Below, piece by piece: positions 22,088 through 31,088 of a stretch of 64,000 nucleotides of DNA. Made by a program: the position numbers and the translations under genes. The DNA is from an uncultured Chloroflexia bacterium (GTDB taxonomy: Bacteria; Chloroflexota; UBA6077; JACCZL01): the NCBI GenBank assembly GCA_963765765.1, contig CAVXYC010000018.1, positions 1 to 64,000 on the forward strand, given 5' to 3'. Position 1 is the first letter of the stretch; each line of letters begins with the position of its first letter. The notes beneath the pieces are model-generated. The model did no database searches. It saw only the letters and a list, made by a program, of their open reading frames with translations, and was not told where the DNA came from.

Positions 22088-22870
22088 ATGACGGACTACG
22101 AGACGATCATCTATCAAGCAGATGCCCCCATAGCCCGCATCACCTTGAATCGCCCGGATCGCGGGAACATGTTCAACCCCACGATGCTGCGCGAGCTCAA
22201 AGACGTGCTGGAACATATTCGTAGCGAAACGCGTACCCGAGTGATCGTGCTCACGGGCGCGGGCGATCGCTTCTTCTGCATCGGCGGGGAGAAGACGGGC
22301 CTCGAAGATACGCTGCTCTACCCGGGCGTTCTTCCGGTGATGGACGTGTACGATCTTATCGTCCAGCACCCCAAGCCGATCGTCGCCTCGGTAAACGGCT
22401 TCGCGGTAGGCGGCGGCCACGTTCTCCACGTGATCTGCGACCTCACCATCGCCAAAGAATCGGCCGTGTTCCGTCAAGTAGGTCCGATGATGGGCAGTTA
22501 CGACGCTGGATATGGCACGTGGTTTCTGGAGGACCTGGTAGGCCGCAAGCGCGCCAAGGAGATCTGGTTCCTGAATGAGAAGCTCACCGCGCAACAAGCC
22601 TTGGACTACGGCCTAATCAATCGCGTTGTGCCAGATGACCGACTGGCCGAAGAGACCACCGCAATGGCGTTAGCCATTGCTCAGCGCGGAAGCATGGCCC
22701 TCGCAGCCGTCAAAGCTTCATTCAACGCCCGCACCGGCGGTGTCACCGGCTTCTCCCGCGTGGCGCACGACCTGCTCCTGCGCTACTACCTGGACTCTGA
22801 AGAGTCCAAAGAGCTGGGTGCCAGCTTCGATGAGCGCAGGGATCCGGATGTGGGGAAATTTGGGCGGTAG
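22088..22870 (+). CDS. Crotonase family, BadI/MenB-like (2-ketocyclohexanecarboxyl-CoA hydrolase-like)
   Basis: ITLNRP, GAGDRFFCIGG, GGGHVLHVICDLTIA, QVGPMMGSYDAGYGT and KRAKEIWF motifs. Confidence 0.82.
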   Translation: MTDYETIIYQADAPIARITLNRPDRGNMFNPTMLRELKDVLEHIRSETRTRVIVLTGAGDRFFCIGGEKTGLEDTLLYPGVLPVMDVYDLIVQHPKPIVASVNGFAVGGGHVLHVICDLTIAKESAVFRQVGPMMGSYDAGYGTWFLEDLVGRKRAKEIWFLNEKLTAQQALDYGLINRVVPDDRLAEETTAMALAIAQRGSMALAAVKASFNARTGGVTGFSRVAHDLLLRYYLDSEESKELGASFDERRDPDVGKFGR

Positions 22871-22907
22871 CGATTGCACACCGCACTTTCTTGAGGACCA
22901 ACAGAAA

Positions 22908-23636
22908 TTGAACGAACCCTCAGGCGGAATCATCGTCACCGGCGCCAGCAGCGGCATTGGTGCGGCAACTGCCCGCGTACTGGCGGCCCGTGGCTACATC
23001 GTCGGCTGTCTAAGTCGACGGGGAACGGTTCCTGGTCCGGCCGAGGGGCAGGCCATCGGCTACGAGTGCGATGTCACGGATCCACACCAGGTGGAGAACG
23101 CCGTCCAGAAGTTCACGGCCAAGGTGGGCTCACTCATCGGTCTGGTAAACAACGCGGGCACTCACGAAGAGACGCCGAGTGCGGAGCTGCGGCTGGATGC
23201 CCTTCGGTCGATGTTGGAGGTCAATTTCGTTTCGGCCTTCGCGGTGTGTCAGCAGGCATATCCCTACCTGAAAGCGCAAGGCGGAATGATCGTAAACATC
23301 GGATCGTTCTACGACCACCTGGGCGTTCGATCGAATCTTGCCTACGCGGCGTCAAAAGCCGCGGTCGCGAGCATGACGAGGACGCTGGCGGTGGAATGGG
23401 CGCGCGACAAGATCCAGGTTGTCAATGTTGCACCGGGCTATATCCTGACCGAACTGAACCGCGAGTGGTTCAGCGACCCGAAGAACTACGATGCGGTGAT
23501 TCGCAGAATTCCGGCTCGCCAGATTGGCGAGCCGGAGGACGTGGGGCGGTTGATCGCGGGGCTGTTCGAGAGCCGTTCCCCATTTCTCACCGGCACGACA
23601 ATTTATCTCGACGGTGGCGAGGGGATCAGCCTGTGA
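22908..23636 (+). CDS. SDR family oxidoreductase
   Basis: TGASSGIG, NNAG, YAASK and NVAPG motifs. TTG start after a gagga RBS. Confidence 0.9.
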   Translation: MNEPSGGIIVTGASSGIGAATARVLAARGYIVGCLSRRGTVPGPAEGQAIGYECDVTDPHQVENAVQKFTAKVGSLIGLVNNAGTHEETPSAELRLDALRSMLEVNFVSAFAVCQQAYPYLKAQGGMIVNIGSFYDHLGVRSNLAYAASKAAVASMTRTLAVEWARDKIQVVNVAPGYILTELNREWFSDPKNYDAVIRRIPARQIGEPEDVGRLIAGLFESRSPFLTGTTIYLDGGEGISL

Positions 23637-23669
23637 CAATCTCTAGCCCAGGCAACGAGCCCTGCCTCC

Positions 23670-23772
23670 CTTTGGACCGCGGCGGTCTTCTCCGCTTTCA
23701 AACCCAGCGGAGCGACACGACGGACGACTTCCAGCCTCGCGAGAAAGCGGCAAAGACCGCCGCAGTTTAAAG
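23670..23772. repeat. REP-like inverted doublet (TTTGGA.. / AAAGCGG family)
   Basis: ctttggaccgcggcggtcttctccgctttc is imperfectly inverted as gaaagcggcaaagaccgccgcagtttaaag. Confidence 0.7.
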
Positions 23773-23779
23773 CGCCTAA

Positions 23780-24952
23780 ATGCATCTGTTCTCGAGAATC
23801 TCCGAGAGTTATCCATTCACGGGCGATGAGCGCATGCTCATCGAGACCGTCCGCGAGCTTTCGCGCGAGCGCATTCTTCCCCGAGCCGAGGCCTTCGATC
23901 GGGACGAAGCCTTCCCCTGGGAGAACGTGCGGGACATCAACGAGCTCGGCTTGAACGGCGTATTTATTCCGGATGAGTACGGTGGCTCAAGGCTCTCCTT
24001 CGCCTGCTACCTCACGCTTGTAAAGGAGATCAGCGCCGCATGTGCGTCAACAGGCGTGATCTGGGCAACGAGCTTCCACGGTATCGCGCCAGTGATCGAC
24101 TACGGGAGTGCCGAACAGAAGCAACGCTTTTTGCCGCGAATCGCGGAAGGCGGGCTCGGCTCGTTGGCGATCACCGAGGAGAGCGGGGGATCCGACGCCA
24201 TGGCGATGCAAACGACGATCCGGCCTGATGGCGACGACGTCATAGTCAATGGGCGCAAGATCTTCATCACCAACGGCGACGTAGCCGACCTCCATCTCGT
24301 CTTCGGCAAATGGACAGAGATCACGGAGCCTCGACGTTCAATCACTGCGATCGTAGTCCAGAAGGACACCCCCGGCTTACGCGTTGGAAGAAAAGAGCGA
24401 AAGCTTGGACACCGGGCCTCGTCCACCGTTGAGCTAATGTTCGAAAATTGCCGAGTTCCGCGAGGCAATCTGTTGGGGAATCCCGGCGATGGGCTAGCGA
24501 TACTCCTCGGAGCACTCAACCGCTCGCGGCCGTCGATTGGAGCACATGCCCTCGGCATCGCCAGTGCGGCATTCGAAGAGGCGGTGAGCTACATCAACCA
24601 TCGCACAGCGTTTGGAAAGCGAGTCGTTGAGTTTCAGGGCGTACAGTTTATGATCGCCGACATGGCGACCAGGCTCGCGATGACGGAATCATGGATGTAC
24701 CATGTGGCGCGACTCGTGGATGCAGGACAGGCCGATATCTCGGTGGAAGCCTCGGTGCTCAAACTTTCCGCGTCCGACCTGGCCATGGATATTGCTACCA
24801 ATGCCGTGCAGCTTCATGGCGGCGCGGGCTACATGGCCGGAGTTCGAGTTGAGCGCCTCTTCCGCGACGCCAAACTGACTCAGATCTGGGAAGGCACCAA
24901 CCAGATTCAGCGCGCTCACATCGGACGCGCGTTCATGGAGCGGACTTCATGA
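23780..24952 (+). CDS. Acyl-CoA dehydrogenase
   Basis: AITEESGGSD, NGRKIFITNG, VQLHGGAGY and QIWEGTNQIQR motifs. Confidence 0.95.
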   Translation: MHLFSRISESYPFTGDERMLIETVRELSRERILPRAEAFDRDEAFPWENVRDINELGLNGVFIPDEYGGSRLSFACYLTLVKEISAACASTGVIWATSFHGIAPVIDYGSAEQKQRFLPRIAEGGLGSLAITEESGGSDAMAMQTTIRPDGDDVIVNGRKIFITNGDVADLHLVFGKWTEITEPRRSITAIVVQKDTPGLRVGRKERKLGHRASSTVELMFENCRVPRGNLLGNPGDGLAILLGALNRSRPSIGAHALGIASAAFEEAVSYINHRTAFGKRVVEFQGVQFMIADMATRLAMTESWMYHVARLVDAGQADISVEASVLKLSASDLAMDIATNAVQLHGGAGYMAGVRVERLFRDAKLTQIWEGTNQIQRAHIGRAFMERTS

Positions 24953-25833
24953 ACGCGGTTCCCGCACGGCATGCGATCGGCGTGGCCGGCGCCGGGACTA
25001 TGGGCTCAGGCATCGCCATCGTCGCGGCGCGGGCCGGTTTTCGAACCACCTTGTTTGACGTGGACTTCGATGCTGTCGAACGGGCGAAGGGGCAGATCGG
25101 CTCCTTCTTCACCCGAAGTGTTGAACGCGGCCGGCTCACATCCGATCATCGTGACGCGGCCCTTGAAAGCCTCGTTACGACGAACGAGATCGAGCAGCTT
25201 TCCGATTGCACATTGGTAATCGAGGCGATCTACGAAGACCTTCAGGTGAAGGGCGATCTGCTGTCTCGAATGAACAAGCTCTGCCGTCCGGAAGCAATCT
25301 TCGCCTCCAATACATCCACCCTTTCGATCACGGCGCTAGGCGCAGCGTCCGGTCGCTCCGAGCGGTTCGTTGGCATGCACTTCTGCCTGCCAGCGCAGGT
25401 CATGAAACTGGTGGAGATGACGCCCGGTCTGGTGACAAGCCAGGATGCCTTCGACGATGCCTGGCAGGCGTGCATCGCCCTGGGCCAGCAGCCTGTCAAA
25501 ACGCAGGATCGACCAGGATTCATTCTCAACCACTTCATCGTCCCGTTCAATAATGACGCAATCCGCATGGTTGAGCGTGGGGTGGCCGAGCCTGCCGAGA
25601 TAGACAAGGCGATAAAAGGCGCCCTCGGGTACCCAATGGGCCCATGTGAGCTCCTGGACTACATCGGCCTGGACACTCAGGAACGCCTGTGCGACGCGCT
25701 CTTCCCGATCACCAACGATCCGCGCGCGGCCTGCCCGCCACTGGTGCGCCGCATGGTCGCCGCCGGACACCTTGGTCGTAAGACCGGTCGCGGGTTCTAT
25801 ACCTACGATGGTCCGGCGATGTTCGGAGCATGA
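24949..25833 (+). CDS. 3-hydroxyacyl-CoA dehydrogenase
   Basis: GAGTMGSG, EAIYE, ASNTS, GMHF, GYPMGP and GHLGRKTGRGFY motifs. Confidence 0.93.
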   Translation: MNAVPARHAIGVAGAGTMGSGIAIVAARAGFRTTLFDVDFDAVERAKGQIGSFFTRSVERGRLTSDHRDAALESLVTTNEIEQLSDCTLVIEAIYEDLQVKGDLLSRMNKLCRPEAIFASNTSTLSITALGAASGRSERFVGMHFCLPAQVMKLVEMTPGLVTSQDAFDDAWQACIALGQQPVKTQDRPGFILNHFIVPFNNDAIRMVERGVAEPAEIDKAIKGALGYPMGPCELLDYIGLDTQERLCDALFPITNDPRAACPPLVRRMVAAGHLGRKTGRGFYTYDGPAMFGA

Positions 25834-25935
25834 GATGGTGACAACTGGAATCGCCACGAGGCATATAGTGAGCGCTTTAGCGCGTCTTCGGCGGCTGTTC
25901 CTGGCTCCCGATATCGACGCCGATGCAATCCGCCC

Positions 25936-26039
25936 CGTAGCGCGGCGGTCTTGTGCCACGCGCTGCGAGATCCCGGGGCCGGACAGTCATCGCCGCCAGC
26001 ATTCCTCGATCCCGCGGGGCACAAGACCGCCGCGCTACG
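25936..26039. repeat. REP-like inverted doublet (GTAG type)
   Basis: cgtagcgcggcggtcttgtgccacgcg vs cgcggggcacaagaccgccgcgctacg (one mismatch in 27 bp). Confidence 0.85.
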
Positions 26040-26168
26040 AGGCGGGCCGGGATCCGTATCTCCGAACGGGGTCTGGTTCACCGGACCGATTGTCGGGGCG
26101 GGGTCAGACACAGGAGTGGCGCAACCAACTGAATTCTGTAAACCGCTCACCCAGTGGGACGGCCCTGT

Positions 26169-26831
26169 ATGAGCATTAAGGTCTGCGTGCTGTTCTACGG
26201 AGACAGCCGTTCGTTTCGGCCCGCTGCGCTGCCCTTCCCCGAGCCAGTTTCACTCGAGGACGCGGAAATTGTCATTGTTGCCGGCGCAGATGCTGGATTC
26301 AGACTCAACGACGTGAACGCCAGCACCAAGCGCGCCGTATTGGTGGAGCTTGGGACGGACTGCCTCGGTGTGTGGACGGGAGAATCCCGCGGGCTGGAAG
26401 GCTCGAACGTTCTTGGGTTCAGTCGCTTTCGATTGGGCAATCGCCCCGCGAGCGATCTCGTTGAGATCGTCCGTCAACCTCGAAGCAGCGAGGATGCGAT
26501 CACAGCCGCGCGTGACGTCTTCGAATCGGCGGGCTTTACCACCGCGGTGTGCTATGACGCTCCAGGACGGATCGTCGATCGACTGGTTCGGCCGTATTTC
26601 AACTCGGCGCTTCAGGCTCTCGATGAGGGGCTAGCGTCGGCGGATGATCTGGATCTCACTGTGAGGTTGGGGCTCGGTTATCCCGTCGGGCCTATCTCGC
26701 TGCTCGAAGACACCGGGCTGGCTGCGCATTTCAAAGTGAGTCAGGCGTTGTATGAGGCGTTTGGAGAACCGTCGCTGTTGCCGTCACGGAGGGCGCGGGT
26801 GGCTTGGGCGCGAGACGAACTCTCAAAATGA
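26169..26831 (+). CDS. 3-hydroxyacyl-CoA dehydrogenase family protein with degenerate NAD-binding domain
   Basis: C-terminal DAPGRIVDRLVRPYFN, DLDLTVRLGLGYPVGP. No GxGxxG in the N-terminal half. Confidence 0.75.
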   Translation: MSIKVCVLFYGDSRSFRPAALPFPEPVSLEDAEIVIVAGADAGFRLNDVNASTKRAVLVELGTDCLGVWTGESRGLEGSNVLGFSRFRLGNRPASDLVEIVRQPRSSEDAITAARDVFESAGFTTAVCYDAPGRIVDRLVRPYFNSALQALDEGLASADDLDLTVRLGLGYPVGPISLLEDTGLAAHFKVSQALYEAFGEPSLLPSRRARVAWARDELSK

Positions 26832-26860
26832 GTGCGGTGTGCTGTGTTCGCACGCGGGAA

Positions 26861-27000
26861 GACCCCACCTCGGCCCTCCCCGCTGCGGCAGAGAGGAAGC
26901 CAGGTCGACACGAAATCCGGCTGCGTACTGAAGTCCCCGCTCCCGAAACCATAGAGACCGGCTCCCTCCCTGCCGCAGCGGGGAGGGCTGGGGTGGGGTC
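26861..27000. repeat. REP-like inverted doublet (CCCTCCC..GGGAGGG family)
   Basis: gaccccacctcggccctccccgctgcggcagagagg vs ccctccctgccgcagcggggagggctggggtggggtc. Confidence 0.8.
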
Positions 27001-27009
27001 TACTATCAA

Positions 27010-28086
27010 ATGACTCCACCGCTGCAGGGATTGCTGGTTCTCGACTTCACTACGCTCTTGCCGGGGCCGCTCGCGACGCTGTGGATGAGAGAGGCTGGAG
27101 CGCGGGTGATCAAGATCGAGCGTCCGCCCATCGGCGACGAGATGCGCGAGTACGAACCACGCTTCAGTTCAACCTCTGTGAACTTCGCCTTGTTGAACGC
27201 GGGTAAAGAAACCCTGGGGCTGGATCTCAAGAACGATAATGACCGCGCACGGCTCGATCCACTGCTTCGAGAAGCAGACGTGCTTGTCGAGCAGTTTCGT
27301 CCAGGTGTGATGGCCAGGTTAGGGCTCGATTACGAGTCGCTCAAGGTAGAGAATCCAGGGCTCATCTACTGCTCGATCACCGGCTACGGACAGACCGGCC
27401 CGAAGGCCAAAACAGCCGCGCACGATCTTAACTACATTGCCGATACGGGTCTGCTCTCACTCGTGGAGCCTGCCCTGCCGCCGGTGCTCGTGGCGGATAT
27501 CGGCGGCGGCTCCTACCCCGCGTTGACGAACGTGCTCATGGCGTTATTGCGACGTGGACGAACCGGAGAAGGGGCCTGGCTGGATATCGCCATGACCGAC
27601 AATCTGTTCCCCTGGATGTACTGGGCCATTGGAAGCGGGGTGCACGCGGGTGAGTGGCCAGAGCCATCCGGCAACCTGGTCACCGGCGGGTCGCCGCGCT
27701 ACAACGTCTACAAGGCGGCGGATGATCGGTACGTCGCCGTAGGGGCTCTCGAAGATCGATTCTGGACACGCCTGTGCGCGCTCCTGGATCTCGACGCCAC
27801 TGAGCTTGACGATGAGGGCGATCCCGTCGGCGTTCGAGGAACCATCGCGGAGCGCATCGTGAGTCTGCCCAGCAGTCACTGGCAAGCTTTGTTCGAGGGC
27901 CAGGATGTCTGCTGCAACATCGTCCGCACGGTTCAAGAGGCGCTCGACGATCCCCATTTCAGGCAGCGCGGACTGTTCGATGGCACACTTACGTTGGACG
28001 GCGAGACGATGATGTCTCTGCCCAGCCCCATCATCCCGTCGCTACGCGATCCATCCACTGCCGTCTCGCCGCCCATGCTACCGTAG
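27010..28086 (+). CDS. CaiB/BaiF family III CoA-transferase
   Basis: VLDFTTLLPGP, VIKIERP, EQFRPGVM, SITGYGQTGP, HDLNY and ADIGGG motifs. Confidence 0.93.
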   Translation: MTPPLQGLLVLDFTTLLPGPLATLWMREAGARVIKIERPPIGDEMREYEPRFSSTSVNFALLNAGKETLGLDLKNDNDRARLDPLLREADVLVEQFRPGVMARLGLDYESLKVENPGLIYCSITGYGQTGPKAKTAAHDLNYIADTGLLSLVEPALPPVLVADIGGGSYPALTNVLMALLRRGRTGEGAWLDIAMTDNLFPWMYWAIGSGVHAGEWPEPSGNLVTGGSPRYNVYKAADDRYVAVGALEDRFWTRLCALLDLDATELDDEGDPVGVRGTIAERIVSLPSSHWQALFEGQDVCCNIVRTVQEALDDPHFRQRGLFDGTLTLDGETMMSLPSPIIPSLRDPSTAVSPPMLP

Positions 28087-28119
28087 TGAATCGCTCCCTG
28101 TGATCAGAAAGGATCCGAC

Positions 28120-29316
28120 ATGACCCGAGTCGCCATAGTCAGTGCCGTGCGCACTCCGATCGGCCGTTACGGTGGTGCCCTGAAGGACGTGCATGAAGCC
28201 GATCTGGCCGCCCTGGTCATCGGTGAGGCCGTCAAGCGCGCCGGAGTCGATCCGACGACCGTGGAAGAAGTGATCATGGGTCACTGCCTGGTCAATGGCG
28301 AAACACCGAACGTTGCCCGCCTTGGCGCACTCAAGGCCGGACTTCCTATTGAAGTGCCCGCCTATACACTGGATCGCCAGTGCAGCTCCGGGCTTCAAGC
28401 CATCGTAAACGGTGCCGTACTTATCAAGTGCGGCGAGGCCAACGTGGTCGTCGCGGGCGGCGTCGAGAGTATGAGCCGCTGTGAGCACTACACACTGGAT
28501 GCGCGCTGGGGCACGCGCATGGGGAATATCACCCTGCACGATCGGTTTCCGCGGCTCACTGTCACAACCTCCTGTCCTGATGCATGCGGGCCAATAGACG
28601 GCATGATTGGCACGGCCGAGAAGGTGGCCGAAGAGCGCGGGATCACGCGCGAAGAAGCTGACGAGTTCGCCCTCCGCAGCCAACGAAACGCGGCCGCGGC
28701 CATGCAAGCTGGTCGCTTCAACGATGAGATCATTCCGGTCAGCGTTCCGGGGCGGCGCGGCGCAGTGACCGTGGTGGATCAAGATGAGGGACCGCGTCCG
28801 GATACGAGCCTCGAGTCGTTGGCCAAACTCGCCCCCGTGCAGGGTGGCGTGGTGACTGCGGGAAATGCTTCCACACTCAACGATGCTGCGGCCGCCGTGG
28901 TACTCATGTCGGAATCGCGGGCACGCGAGCAGGGCATTAAGCCGCTCGGCTATCTGAAATCCTGGTCTGCCGCGGCCGTTCATCCGCACGTCATGGGCGT
29001 AGGCCCCGTTCCAGCTATCCGCAAAGCACTCGCCAAAGCAGGTATCCAGCTTAATGACATGGACCTCATCGAGCTCAACGAGGCGTTCGCCGTTCAGGCG
29101 CTGGCCGTTCTGAAGGACCTCAGCGTGACGGACCTCAGCAACGTGAATGTCAATGGCTCAGGGATAAGCCTCGGCCACCCCGTGGGCGCCACGGGTGCCC
29201 GCATGATGGCCACGCTGCTCTACGAGATGGAGCGCCGTGGATCACGCTACGGGCTGGAGACGATGTGCGTTGGTGGCGGCATGGGCCTGGCGGCGGTGAT
29301 TGAGAGAGACGTCTGA
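28120..29316 (+). CDS. Thiolase (acetyl-CoA C-acyltransferase)
   Basis: RTPIG, RQCSSG, GGVESMS, NEAFA, GHPVGATG and CVGGGMG motifs. Confidence 0.96.
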   Translation: MTRVAIVSAVRTPIGRYGGALKDVHEADLAALVIGEAVKRAGVDPTTVEEVIMGHCLVNGETPNVARLGALKAGLPIEVPAYTLDRQCSSGLQAIVNGAVLIKCGEANVVVAGGVESMSRCEHYTLDARWGTRMGNITLHDRFPRLTVTTSCPDACGPIDGMIGTAEKVAEERGITREEADEFALRSQRNAAAAMQAGRFNDEIIPVSVPGRRGAVTVVDQDEGPRPDTSLESLAKLAPVQGGVVTAGNASTLNDAAAAVVLMSESRAREQGIKPLGYLKSWSAAAVHPHVMGVGPVPAIRKALAKAGIQLNDMDLIELNEAFAVQALAVLKDLSVTDLSNVNVNGSGISLGHPVGATGARMMATLLYEMERRGSRYGLETMCVGGGMGLAAVIERDV

Positions 29317-29328
29317 GATAGGCCGAGC

Positions 29329-29422
29329 GGTAGTGGCGTCCCTTTTCGGGCGCCACCTTGGGCTCATCGTCTCGATCGCCTTGTGGATTTCTAGGTCGCG
29401 CCCGTAAAGGGACGCCACTACC
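29329..29422. repeat. REP-like inverted doublet (GTAGTGGCGTCCC family), possibly also operon terminator
   Basis: ggtagtggcgtcccttttcgggcgccacc vs ggtcgcgcccgtaaagggacgccactacc. Same family as 16992-17087. Confidence 0.85.
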
Positions 29423-29485
29423 CTTGATAAGCGGGTAGGACGCGCGGGCCGAAGCATGGAGCTTGTACTTCGCTATCCTTCCGGC

Positions 29486-30196
29486 ATGCCAGACGCATTC
29501 CCATCTACTGATATTGCCGCTCTCACCGGAGAGCCGAGTCGGGCAGCGATTCTTGGTGTCCTGCTCGGCGGAGGCGCGTATACAGCCTCGGAGCTTGCGG
29601 CTCGGACGGGAATTTCGCCATCGACCGCTAGTCAACACCTGCGCAAGCTCAGAGCCTGCTGGCTTGTGGCGCGAGCATCGCAGGGCCGATATCGCTTCTT
29701 CCGTCTGGCTTCTCCCGAAGTCGCCCGAGCCGTCGAAGCGCTTGGTGCGCTCCAGCCACACATACCAAGTGTGCCGCGTACGGCTTCCGACATTCCACGA
29801 GACATTCGGTTCGCCCGAAGCTGCTACGACCATCTCGCCGGCTGGCTCGGCGTCACGGTGACGCAGGCATTTTTGGATCAGCGGCTCATGCGGACCGTGG
29901 ACAATGGCTTTGAGGTCACCGCCGATGGTCTCGACTGGCTCGGAGCCCGGGATGTGGAGCTATCGACGATACCAGGCTCGCGTCGGAGATTTGCTCGGAC
30001 GTGCCTGGACTGGACGGAGAAACGGCCGCACCTTGCCGGTGTCATGGGCGCCGCACTCCTGAGCCGATTCATTGCCCTCGGATGGCTGGAACGCTGGCCT
30101 GGCGAGCGAACGCTCGCGCTCACGGCTGCCGGCCAATCCGGCTTGAAACTCGCGCTCGGGCTCTCATTGGACGAAATCCCGAGCGATCCCGCCTGA
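29486..30196 (+). CDS. ArsR/SmtB family transcriptional regulator (long form)
   Basis: EPSRAAIL, ASELA...PSTASQHL, QGRYRFFRLA, ARSCYDHLAG and CLDWTEKRPHLAG motifs. Confidence 0.9.
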   Translation: MPDAFPSTDIAALTGEPSRAAILGVLLGGGAYTASELAARTGISPSTASQHLRKLRACWLVARASQGRYRFFRLASPEVARAVEALGALQPHIPSVPRTASDIPRDIRFARSCYDHLAGWLGVTVTQAFLDQRLMRTVDNGFEVTADGLDWLGARDVELSTIPGSRRRFARTCLDWTEKRPHLAGVMGAALLSRFIALGWLERWPGERTLALTAAGQSGLKLALGLSLDEIPSDPA

Positions 30197-30283
30197 CTAA
30201 GCCCGGCCAAGAGGTCGCTCTCGAACGTCAGGCCATCGGCGCGTGTTTCGAGAAAGAGTATCCCCATGTGGAAAGTGAGCAGC

Positions 30284-31081
30284 ATGGCTGTCAATAACTA
30301 CACCTTTAACAATGCCTGGACCAATGAACGCGCTCGCCTTGACGCGCTGGAATCGCTGACTGATCCAGGCACCATTCGTCTTCTCGCGTCACTGGGCGTC
30401 GGCCCCGGATGGTCGTGTCTCGAGGTCGGAGGGGGCGGCGGCTCCATCACCCGCTGGCTGGCCGAGCAAGTCGGACCATCCGGTCGCGTGGTCGTGACGG
30501 ATCTCAATACCAGGCATCTCGAATCGTTGGCCGGGCCAGTCGTTGAAGTTCGCCAGCACAACATCGTTCAGGATGAGTTCGAAGAAGATACATTCGACCT
30601 CGCGTTCGCGCGGCTGGTATTGGAGCACATTCCTCAGCGACACGAAGTGCTCGCCAAGATGGTGCGCTCGCTGAAGCCCGGCGGCTGGTTGTTTCTCGAG
30701 TCCACCGACTCAATGTCAGTATTGCCGGTCAGCGACTTTGGCCATGACCTCCATGCGAAATCTCAGTCCATTCGCCTGGCGGAGTTTCGGAGTGGAGGCC
30801 TCGACACGTTCTTCGGCCGAAAGATGCCAGGCGCAATGCGCGCCGCGGGGCTCGTGGATATTGGGAACGAAGGTCGAGTGTGGGTGATGGAGGCCGGATC
30901 ACCCGGCGCTGAGTGGCTGCGGCTCTCCATGGACCAGGTGCGCGCGAGGCTTATTGGTCCTGGCAAGCTCACCGAGGAAGAGCTCAACCAGGAACTCGAG
31001 AACCTTACTCATCCGGAGTTTCAGGGGTTGTCTCCGACGATCATGGCAGCATGGGGTAGGAGGCCGACGAGCTCAGATTAG
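30284..31081 (+). CDS. Class I SAM-dependent methyltransferase
   Basis: LEVGGGGGS motif I, FDLAFARLVLEH and LKPGGWL motifs. Confidence 0.9.
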   Translation: MAVNNYTFNNAWTNERARLDALESLTDPGTIRLLASLGVGPGWSCLEVGGGGGSITRWLAEQVGPSGRVVVTDLNTRHLESLAGPVVEVRQHNIVQDEFEEDTFDLAFARLVLEHIPQRHEVLAKMVRSLKPGGWLFLESTDSMSVLPVSDFGHDLHAKSQSIRLAEFRSGGLDTFFGRKMPGAMRAAGLVDIGNEGRVWVMEAGSPGAEWLRLSMDQVRARLIGPGKLTEEELNQELENLTHPEFQGLSPTIMAAWGRRPTSSD

Positions 31082-31088
31082 GACTGAA

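Noticed and set aside
22088-22870. Calling the crotonase menB
   Set aside because: No other menaquinone genes nearby, and the beta-oxidation context fits a BadI-like hydrolase better.
25646-26179. ORFs spanning the gap between the two HCDH genes
   Set aside because: They run through a REP-like palindrome and show no protein-family motifs.
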